From NCBI GenBank assembly GCA_051382335.1, contig JBBCAX010000359.1, forward strand, positions 1-26,062: a DNA stretch of 26,062 bases, in the 5' to 3' direction. Shown piece after piece: positions 9,184-16,670 of the stretch (the first letter of the stretch is position 1; each line of letters starts with the position of its first letter). Position numbers and translations under genes: made by a program. Origin of the DNA: Deltaproteobacteria bacterium TL4. Its GTDB lineage: Bacteria; SAR324; NAC60-12. Below the pieces are notes generated by a model that saw nothing but the letters and a program-made list of their open reading frames with translations, was not told the DNA's origin and did not search any database.

Positions 9184-9996
9184 ATGATCAATATTCGTAT
9201 AAAACGGCATTTATTTGGGGGAAACACAGGTTTGGGTGTCGTGTTGGCCTTGGTTGTGCTAATATTTCTGGTGCCGGGAGGAATCCTGCTTGCGGAAGAA
9301 GTCGATAATTCCTGTGTGGATTGTCATAGTAATCCGGATTTCGTCGTGACTAACAAGAAGCTTTACAATTATTTTCAAGAATGGAAATTATCCACCCATC
9401 AGCAGGAAGGGATCACTTGTTCCGATTGTCATGGTGGAAATCCCAAGCTTACGGACAAGAATGCTTCTCATGGCGATAGTGTGGGGGAATCGAAAAAGAA
9501 AAATGCTGTTAATTTTGAAAATATTCCAGCGACTTGTGGTGAGTGCCATGAAGACATTTACAACGGGTATCGTCAAAGTCCTCACTTTAAGCATCTCAGC
9601 AAAAAGAACCAGGAACAACAGGGGCCGAATTGTGTCACTTGTCATGGTTCCATTAACGTAGCGGCTCTGAATGTCAACACCGTACAAAAAACCTGTGTGC
9701 AGTGTCATAACCAAAAAACAGGAAATCATCCTGATATTCCTGACAAAGCTCACCAGTTACTCAACAAGTTCCTCTCCCTCCATCGGTTTTACCGCTTCAT
9801 CAGTATCAGAGGCGAAGCTAAGGAGACGCGAGAGTTTCTTGAAAAGGTCGATGCGCAAATCGAAAGTCTGTCCAATAACTGGCATACCTTCGACCTTGAG
9901 ATCATTGAACTGAAAACCCAAAGTCTGCTTGAGTTACTCAAAGCGAAACGGAATGAAATAAAAAATCGGCAATCTCCACCTAAAGCAGGAAAATGA
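9184..9996 (+). CDS. Exported or membrane-anchored pentaheme cytochrome c with a helical C-terminus
   Basis: Start reassigned to ATG 9184 (RBS GAGGAGG at 9171); hydrophobic N-terminal segment; CVDCH, CSDCH, CGECH, CVTCH, CVQCH. Confidence 0.88.
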   Translation: MINIRIKRHLFGGNTGLGVVLALVVLIFLVPGGILLAEEVDNSCVDCHSNPDFVVTNKKLYNYFQEWKLSTHQQEGITCSDCHGGNPKLTDKNASHGDSVGESKKKNAVNFENIPATCGECHEDIYNGYRQSPHFKHLSKKNQEQQGPNCVTCHGSINVAALNVNTVQKTCVQCHNQKTGNHPDIPDKAHQLLNKFLSLHRFYRFISIRGEAKETREFLEKVDAQIESLSNNWHTFDLEIIELKTQSLLELLKAKRNEIKNRQSPPKAGK

Positions 9997-10739
9997 AAAA
10001 TTTTACTTACAGTCTGATCGGATTAATAACGCTTTTCATCGGATTCCTGGGAGGAACCGTGATTGTGCTTTCTTGCTATGACGCTACTGTTGCGGCAGCA
10101 GAGAAAGAAGACGGAAGCACAGAGGAAGGGGAACTCAAGTTGTCTCAGGACTCTGAAGTCACGCTCGGTAAAGTTCGTGACTTTTGGAAAAAAGAACAAA
10201 TCAAACACAAACGGCTCCTGCCGGAATTTTCTCCTTTTCGTGTTCCTCCCCGCAAAGAAACGCAACTGGAGGCGTTTCCCTGTTCGGATTGCCATGAAGA
10301 TGACGAAATCAATATTGACAAAGAACGCAAATTAACGGAAGAGCATCAAAGCATTGTCCTGGATCATGGAGGAGGCCGTTTTTGGTGTTTGACGTGTCAT
10401 AATTTGAAAAATATGAATTATTTACGCTCTCTCAAGGATAAAGAAATTGATTTTAATCAATCCTATTTGCTTTGTGGACAGTGTCATTCCCCCCGTCAGA
10501 AAGATTGGTTTCTGGGTGCCCATGGAAAAAGAGTGTCCACTTGGACTGGTGAGCGAATCATTTTGCTTTGTACAGAGTGTCACAATCCTCACTCCCCTTA
10601 CATCAAACCCAAACAGCCGGATCCTCCTCCAAAAAAACATAAAGGAGTTCTCCCTATGGATAAGCATTTAACCCAAAAGGAGCGAGAGACGAAATCCAAA
10701 TTTGATATGTGGAATTTCAAATTTGAAATAAAAAAATGA
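9993..10739 (+). CDS. Tetraheme cytochrome c subunit of NrfCD-type module 1 (CbcS-like)
   Basis: Signal/anchor; CSDCH, RFWCLTCH, CGQCH..RQKDW..G.HGKR, CTECHNPH; ATGA overlap with the upstream gene. Confidence 0.88.
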   Translation: MKNFTYSLIGLITLFIGFLGGTVIVLSCYDATVAAAEKEDGSTEEGELKLSQDSEVTLGKVRDFWKKEQIKHKRLLPEFSPFRVPPRKETQLEAFPCSDCHEDDEINIDKERKLTEEHQSIVLDHGGGRFWCLTCHNLKNMNYLRSLKDKEIDFNQSYLLCGQCHSPRQKDWFLGAHGKRVSTWTGERIILLCTECHNPHSPYIKPKQPDPPPKKHKGVLPMDKHLTQKERETKSKFDMWNFKFEIKK

Positions 10740-10780
10740 GTGTGAGTTACCAATATTTGAAAAAACGTATTAGGAGTTCC

Positions 10781-11749
10781 ATGTCAGATCAAGAAGATTC
10801 GAATCCTCAGGAGAATGAAAGCGCTCCTGTCAGTACAGTTTCCAGACGGGATCTGTTAAAGAAAATGGGGTTGGCAGGAGGAGTGGCTGCTATGGCAGCA
10901 GGAACCGCTTCAACGGTGGTCGCTAGTACCGTTGAGGGGGAAGCGTTTAGTGATGGACTTAAAGCGTTCTTCCAAAGTCATTACCAGCAGATGACCAAAG
11001 AGGAAATTGAAGAGGTTTTGGCACGTCTGGAACGCGGCGTAAAGCGGGAGTATGGTGTGGACATTCAGATTGAAAATACCCCTCCGATGGATAATGTCGT
11101 TTTCGGTTATGCGTTGAATATCTCAAAATGCAAAGGCTATCGTAAATGTGTTGGGGCCTGTATGAAGGAAAATAATACAAGCCGCGAACTCCAGATTCAG
11201 TACATTCGTGTTTTGGAACTGGATAGAGGTTCCATGAACCTTGAAAAATCAAACCATTATTACGATTCTGAAACGGTTCCTCTGCCAGGGAAAACCTATT
11301 TGCCCATCCAATGTCATCATTGTGAAAATCCACCCTGTGTCAGGGCTTGTCCTACGAAGGCGACCTGGAAGGAACCGGATGGGGTGGTGGTCATTGATTA
11401 CAACTGGTGTATTGGCTGCCATTATTGTGTAGTAGCCTGCCCTTACTGGGCGCGACGCTTCAATTGGGAAGCTCCTAATTTGCCGAAAGACGAAATCAAC
11501 CCCAACACTCACTACCTGGGGAATCGACCTCGGATGCGGGGTGTGATGGAGAAGTGTACCTTTTGTGTGCAACGGACCCGTAAAGGAAAATTACCCGCCT
11601 GCTTGGAGGCCTGTCCCACAGGTGCCAGGGTTTTCGGAAACCTGATGGATCCTAAAAGTGAAATTCGTTACATTTTGTCCACCAAAACCGTCTTTCGTCT
11701 GAAAGAGGAATTAAATACAAATCCCAAATTTTGGTATTATACGGATTGA
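10781..11749 (+). CDS. Tat-exported iron-sulfur subunit, NrfC/DsrO/CbcT-like, module 1
   Basis: Start at ATG 10781 (RBS AGGAG); twin-arginine SRRDLLK; CKGYRKCVGAC, CHHCENPPCVRACP, CIGCHYCVVACP, KCTFC...PACLEACP. Confidence 0.92.
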   Translation: MSDQEDSNPQENESAPVSTVSRRDLLKKMGLAGGVAAMAAGTASTVVASTVEGEAFSDGLKAFFQSHYQQMTKEEIEEVLARLERGVKREYGVDIQIENTPPMDNVVFGYALNISKCKGYRKCVGACMKENNTSRELQIQYIRVLELDRGSMNLEKSNHYYDSETVPLPGKTYLPIQCHHCENPPCVRACPTKATWKEPDGVVVIDYNWCIGCHYCVVACPYWARRFNWEAPNLPKDEINPNTHYLGNRPRMRGVMEKCTFCVQRTRKGKLPACLEACPTGARVFGNLMDPKSEIRYILSTKTVFRLKEELNTNPKFWYYTD

Positions 11750-11759
11750 GAGAAGAGCT

Positions 11760-12971
11760 ATGAATATACTTTACTTTTTTTGGGATGCAGGAAAAGAGAT
11801 CTTCAAGGGAGGGAAACATTACTGGAGTTGGATGGGCTTGTTGAGCCTGGGTGCCCTTTTTGGAATATACTGCTATGTCCAGCAATTTCACTATGGAGCA
11901 CTCCACACTACCGGTTTGGGTGAGGAAGTTCCTTGGGGGATTTATATCGCGAATTTCGCGTTTTTGGTGGGAATCGCGGCGGCCGCTGTGATGTTGGTCA
12001 TCCCTGCTTATATTTTTCATCACCAGGAAATCAAGAACGTGGTCATTTTGGGAAAAATGATTGCGGTGGCTGCCTGCATTATGTGTATCCTTTTCATTCT
12101 ATCAAGTTTGGGCCGCCCTGATCGGCTTTGGCACATCCTCCCCTTTATTGGCAGATTGAATATTCCAAACTCGATGCTGGCTTGGGATGTGATCGTCATC
12201 AATGGCTACCTGATCCTCAATATCATCATTCCTTTTTATATCCTTTACTCCAAATACATGGGGGGAGAGCCCAAAACAAAAATTTATTATCCCGGGGTGT
12301 TGATTTCCATTGGTTTCGCCATTTCCATTCATACCGTGACAGCTTTTCTGTTTTCCTCCAACGTTTCCCGTCCTTTTTGGCATACCAGTATCCTGGGACC
12401 CCGCTTTTTAGCCTCCGCGTTTACCTCGGGTACTGCACTGATGATCATCACGCTTCAGGTGATTCGTTCTCAAACCAAGTTCAAAGTGGACGAGGCCGTG
12501 ATTGAAGTTTTGGCGATAATCACTGCCATTTCGCTGCAAATTAGTTTGTTTCTGTTGGCGGTAGAATTATTTACCGATTTTTATAGCCAAACCCAACACG
12601 CAAGTTCGATCCAATATCTCTTTTTTGGTTTGGAAGGACATGCCTCTCTGGTTCCCTGGATTTGGACCGCTGTGGTTTTGAATGTGACTGCCGTGATCAT
12701 TCTCAGTATTCACAAACTTCGGGAAAATCTAAAACTCCTGAATGTTGCCTGTGTTCTGGTTATGGTGGGGATTTGGATAGAAAAAGGGATGGGACTGGTC
12801 ATCCCTGGGTTTATTCCGACTCCCTTGGGTGATATTGTGGAATATACTCCAACGTTTTACGAAACCGGGGTTTGTATTGGAATATGGTCTATCGGCGCCC
12901 TCATTTTTACGGCTTTGGCGAAAGTGGCTATTCCCGTTGAAATGGGTCTGCTAACACGGAAAAAATCGTAG
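11760..12971 (+). CDS. nrfD: NrfD/PsrC-family integral membrane quinol-interacting subunit (DsrP/CbcU-like), module 1
   Basis: About 10 TM helices; WGIYIANF.FLVG.AAAAVM, LGRPDR.WH, S.LAWD, SIHTVTAFL, GPRFLASAF, WIEKGMGLVIPGF. The symbol is family-level only. Confidence 0.9.
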   Translation: MNILYFFWDAGKEIFKGGKHYWSWMGLLSLGALFGIYCYVQQFHYGALHTTGLGEEVPWGIYIANFAFLVGIAAAAVMLVIPAYIFHHQEIKNVVILGKMIAVAACIMCILFILSSLGRPDRLWHILPFIGRLNIPNSMLAWDVIVINGYLILNIIIPFYILYSKYMGGEPKTKIYYPGVLISIGFAISIHTVTAFLFSSNVSRPFWHTSILGPRFLASAFTSGTALMIITLQVIRSQTKFKVDEAVIEVLAIITAISLQISLFLLAVELFTDFYSQTQHASSIQYLFFGLEGHASLVPWIWTAVVLNVTAVIILSIHKLRENLKLLNVACVLVMVGIWIEKGMGLVIPGFIPTPLGDIVEYTPTFYETGVCIGIWSIGALIFTALAKVAIPVEMGLLTRKKS

Positions 12972-13055
12972 GTAACCTCAGTTAGTAAAAAATAGTGAGT
13001 TTAGTTTTGCCCCGGCTAAATATTCGCTGTTGAAGGATTAAATGTTTGTGTCAAT

Positions 13056-13122
13056 CCCTGACGAAAGGGTCAAACCCCTCGTAAGTTTTTTAACTTACAA
13101 GAGGTAGGATTTTTGTCATCGG
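13056..13122. repeat. Degenerate palindromic (REP/MITE-like) element
   Basis: Inner palindrome CCTC-GTAAGTT-tttt-AACTTAC-aa-GAGG (13077-13104), enclosed by TGACGAAA/TTTTGTCA arms. Confidence 0.4.
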
Positions 13123-13184
13123 TCAAAAGGACGTGAATTTTTATTTTGGAGACAGTAATCATAATTTAGAAATGGAGACAGAAT

Positions 13185-13865
13185 ATGATATTCAATAAAG
13201 GGCAGAACGTTGACTCACCTAATGACGATGTTCTCACGTCAGAAAGCTTAGATATGGACTGGTTCGAAAAATTATTAGAAATCTACAAGACGGATAAAAT
13301 CTTGGCTTTCGGTATTATGGACAAAATTCCAGCCAAAAAACTTAACTATATCAAACTCCTTGAACTCCAAAAATCAGAAGATGCTGATGTTCGCAAGTTG
13401 GCCGCGGAGATGGCTTGGGACGTTCCCGCGAAACACCTGGACTGTGGGTGCCTCTTTGATTTTCAGGAATCTGACAATGCCCATGTCCGTGATTTGGCAG
13501 CAGAACTGTTGCAGCGAGTTACAAGTTCCCAACTCAACTATCATAAACTTGACGAATATCGAAAGTCCGAATCCCCACACGTCAGAAACAAGGCCGCTTT
13601 GCTGCTAATGAAATATTATGTCCAGCGTCTCAGCCATGAGAGACTCCTTGAGTTCCAGAAGTCAGATCAGAAGGAAGTCAAAATCAAGTCGACGGTGCTC
13701 CTGTTGAAGTATTTTGAAGAACAGTTTAGCGATGAGGAACTTTTTCAGTTGAGAGACTCAAAAGACAGTGACGTAAGTAATCTGACACGTAAAGCGTTAC
13801 GAAAACGAGCTCTGGAGTATAATACTGCCAAAAGAATCGAAAAGTACATTACCAAGTTTTTTTAA
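13185..13865 (+). CDS. Cytoplasmic HEAT-like helical repeat protein (32-aa repeats)
   Basis: Five repeats of consensus L.E.QKS....VR..AA.LL......L at 32-aa spacing; no signal peptide; RBS GGAG. Confidence 0.75.
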   Translation: MIFNKGQNVDSPNDDVLTSESLDMDWFEKLLEIYKTDKILAFGIMDKIPAKKLNYIKLLELQKSEDADVRKLAAEMAWDVPAKHLDCGCLFDFQESDNAHVRDLAAELLQRVTSSQLNYHKLDEYRKSESPHVRNKAALLLMKYYVQRLSHERLLEFQKSDQKEVKIKSTVLLLKYFEEQFSDEELFQLRDSKDSDVSNLTRKALRKRALEYNTAKRIEKYITKFF

Positions 13866-14082
13866 CGGCAGCGCTGGATTGTCTTCCCGCTCATTTTGTG
13901 GGGACGTGATCCTCAACCCTTACATCTGAAGGCAATTTCGCAGTAGCGGTTGGTTGGTGATGCCAGAGTAAATAAAGTGCTTGACGCTTAAAAAAGCCTG
14001 GACTTTATGTTTCAAAACGAAGAATATGCGAAATTTGTAATCGGTATCTCAGGTGAGTAACGTTCATTCTAAACAGTGTCTT

Positions 14083-15588
14083 ATGAAATACTTAGCCCTT
14101 TTCCTGTTGATTTCTCTTTGGCTGTTCCCCAGTTTCGCGTGGAGTAACGAAGATGAAAATGAAGATGAAGATGAAGATGAGGATACGGTCCAAACGTCGG
14201 AAGCTCAAAGTAGCGACGATGAAGATGAGGATGTGGTCGAAACGTCGAAAGCTCAAAGTAGCGACGATGAAGAAGATGAGGCTACGCTCGAAACGTCGAA
14301 AGATCTAAAAAAAGAGCATACTCTGAGCATGACGGGATATGTGTCCGGTAAATACCTTTCCAGAACAACTCAAGTTTTGGGTGATGAGGTCAAAGACACA
14401 GATCTCCAGGGGCAAATGCGTTTCGATGTGACGTCTCCTGCCAACTCCTATGAATTCCATTTTTTTGGTACGGTCAGTGGGGATCTGGATCAAGATTCAA
14501 ACCAGACCCGCTTTTCTCCCTTTGAAGACAGCAACAACACCGGAGCTGAGGACTGGAAACAATACCTGTATGAAGCCCATTTTGCTTGGAACCAGTTTCT
14601 TCCTCATTTCAAGCAACTGCGACTTGGCCGACAGTCAGGGACGCGTGATGAAATAGTCTATTTTGACGGACTTGCCTTCGATCTTGAGTTTTTCCAGAAG
14701 TTGGCTTTGGCAGTATACGGCGGGTTACCCGTTCATTTCTTTGACTTGGAGCAAAGTGACAATACGCTCAGTGGTCTGGGCGTTGATTATACCCCTCAAA
14801 AAAGCACCCGCTTGAGCTTGGATTACCTGTCCACTCAAGAAGTCCAGGAAGTGAGAGTCAATGAAAAGATTGAAGACTCTACGTTACAGGACTCCTTAAC
14901 TTCCTTGAAAATCTTGCAGTTTTTTTCACCTAATGCCAAAGGGATGCTCCGCTATCGCTGGATCAATGGGGAAAATCGTGACTTCAGATTCCGTTCCACC
15001 AATAAGATTACTGCTGTTGATCTTGAGTTGAACTTGGGTTATTTTAGGCAATTTCGTGTTCAGAATGTGTTGACTCAGGAACTTTCTCCTTTTTATCAGG
15101 TTCTGGGACAATCTTATCCCTTTCAAACGGTGGAATTCCAACTCAGAAAACCCTTTGGTGAACACTATGCCTGGGAGCTTGGCTACAATGAACGAAACCT
15201 TTTGGAAGATTATGAAGAAAGCGCCTTCAACCATGATTATAAACACCTCTATTCCGTGTTTGAAATTTATAACCGTCTGATGCAGGATTTGACCTTATCC
15301 GTTACAGCGGAGCGGTGGGAAAGCGAGCAAACCGTGGATTCCGCAGGCTGGGACATTAAGTATCAGAAACGGGGTGCCATGAAAACCAAGATTCAGATCG
15401 GATCCTATTATAGCCTCTATAAGTACGATGAATATTTTGATCGTGGCGAACAGGCTGATGTTCGAACCTACTATCTCAAAGGAAACTATCCTCTCGGTGA
15501 CCATTTTTCTGTCAATGGCAGTTATGAGATGGAAAACAGTCATGATGACTATAATGCTTTGAAAATGGGAGCAAAGTATGAGTTTTAA
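14083..15588 (+). CDS. Outer-membrane beta-barrel protein (putative porin of a porin-cytochrome conduit)
   Basis: Sec signal MKYLALFLL...SFA; alternating amphipathic strands; C-terminal MGAKYEF (BAM-type terminal Phe); the stop overlaps the start of the 12-heme gene. An alternative GTG start lies at 14053. Confidence 0.85.
   Translation: MKYLALFLLISLWLFPSFAWSNEDENEDEDEDEDTVQTSEAQSSDDEDEDVVETSKAQSSDDEEDEATLETSKDLKKEHTLSMTGYVSGKYLSRTTQVLGDEVKDTDLQGQMRFDVTSPANSYEFHFFGTVSGDLDQDSNQTRFSPFEDSNNTGAEDWKQYLYEAHFAWNQFLPHFKQLRLGRQSGTRDEIVYFDGLAFDLEFFQKLALAVYGGLPVHFFDLEQSDNTLSGLGVDYTPQKSTRLSLDYLSTQEVQEVRVNEKIEDSTLQDSLTSLKILQFFSPNAKGMLRYRWINGENRDFRFRSTNKITAVDLELNLGYFRQFRVQNVLTQELSPFYQVLGQSYPFQTVEFQLRKPFGEHYAWELGYNERNLLEDYEESAFNHDYKHLYSVFEIYNRLMQDLTLSVTAERWESEQTVDSAGWDIKYQKRGAMKTKIQIGSYYSLYKYDEYFDRGEQADVRTYYLKGNYPLGDHFSVNGSYEMENSHDDYNALKMGAKYEF
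14173..14303 (+). repeat. In-frame 48/51-bp tandem repeat encoding an acidic linker
   Basis: GAAGATGAGGnTnnGnTCnAAACGTCGnAAGCTCAAAGTAGCGACGAT twice plus a partial third copy, preceded by GAAGAT iterations. Confidence 0.9.
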
Positions 15589-16579
15589 CCGCGTCTCCAT
15601 AAGAAAAATGTCGATCTTCGCGCGTTTGAGTGTTATTTTGGCACTCTGGCTTTTCATGTCCGCGTGGAAGTTGTCTTGGCCATGGGCGGAAGAAAGCGCC
15701 CGAACCATTAAATTCCGCCATTCGATTCATGTTCAAAAAGAAGAAATGGAGTGTACCGATTGTCACGAAGGCGCAGTGGAAAAAGAGAAGGCGGGAATGC
15801 CTGCCAAAAAATTCTGCATGGATTGCCATGAGGAAAAAATGGACATGGATGACAAGGAAGGTTGTCTATTTTGCCATAACGTGGAAATCTCACAACTGGA
15901 TTCGATCACTGAGTTAGGTCGTCCGAAAGGCTCGTTGGGAATGGTTTTGGGACCAAAGCGCCTCAACAAGGATGTGAAATTTTCTCATAAACACCACGCT
16001 GAAAAAGAGGTTGGCTGTCCGAAGTGTCATGGTGATGTTGGCAAGGATGAGGGGCCTCTCATGCCTCGTGATATTTATGTACCAACGCAGGCTCAATGTC
16101 GTGAGTGTCATACTCAGGAACAGGTTTCTCTGGAATGTACGGTCTGTCACAAGACGTTCAACAAAGATAATCCTCCGGAGGGGCATCAAGGCGGTTGGCG
16201 AACTTTTCATGGGATGTCCGCCACTTTGAACCAAGTGGGACAGCATGGGAAGGATTGCCTCACCTGTCATGTGAAAAACGATTGTACGGCTTGTCATACA
16301 AGTGAAGCGCCAAGAGACCATACCCGTTTCTGGCGGACTCAGGGGCATGGCCTGATGGCAGGTTGGGACAGAGAACGTTGCTCCAATTGTCATCGACAGG
16401 ATTTTTGTGTGACTTGCCACAGTGAAACAGCACCACGGAGTCATGTCAGTAACTGGGATGCGAATCATTGTACTAACTGCCATTTAGAGTCTAACAGCAA
16501 CGCAGAAGGGGGTGGATGCAGGCTTTGCCATCGTCAACCCGCGCATTTGGATGCGATTAAATGGCCACCATTGAAGTAG
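15578..16579 (+). CDS. Periplasmic dodecaheme cytochrome c
   Basis: N-terminal signal; 12 CXXCH motifs: two c7/c3-like triheme units (FRHSIH, FSHKHH) followed by three P..H...W...H diheme repeats. Confidence 0.92.
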   Translation: MSFNRVSIRKMSIFARLSVILALWLFMSAWKLSWPWAEESARTIKFRHSIHVQKEEMECTDCHEGAVEKEKAGMPAKKFCMDCHEEKMDMDDKEGCLFCHNVEISQLDSITELGRPKGSLGMVLGPKRLNKDVKFSHKHHAEKEVGCPKCHGDVGKDEGPLMPRDIYVPTQAQCRECHTQEQVSLECTVCHKTFNKDNPPEGHQGGWRTFHGMSATLNQVGQHGKDCLTCHVKNDCTACHTSEAPRDHTRFWRTQGHGLMAGWDRERCSNCHRQDFCVTCHSETAPRSHVSNWDANHCTNCHLESNSNAEGGGCRLCHRQPAHLDAIKWPPLK

Positions 16580-16670
16580 TGGCACAGAAACATGGGCTGG
16601 AAAGTACAAGGACCGGAGTTTAACAAAAGAGTCTATTTATTAACAGTTGGCAGTTTAATTGTGTGTGATT

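Noticed and set aside
9993..12971. DsrMKJOP, Nrf or polysulfide reductase operon
   Set aside because: No DsrM/K, NrfA (CXXCK) or molybdopterin subunit is present, and the partner is a tetraheme.
13058..13111. Hammerhead ribozyme or GEMM riboswitch (CTGACGA..., GGGTCAAACC)
   Set aside because: The hammerhead GAAA reads GTAA and stem I cannot form. The GEMM GNRA loop and GACGCAAAGC are absent. A DNA palindrome explains the region better.
15914..16483. Long antisense ORFs (also 22056-22664, 20844-21275)
   Set aside because: They are shadows of well-supported plus-strand genes and contain no motifs.
16647..16663. Sigma54 promoter TTGGCAGTTTAATTGT (and TGGCAC at 16580)
   Set aside because: The invariant -12 GC is missing in both.
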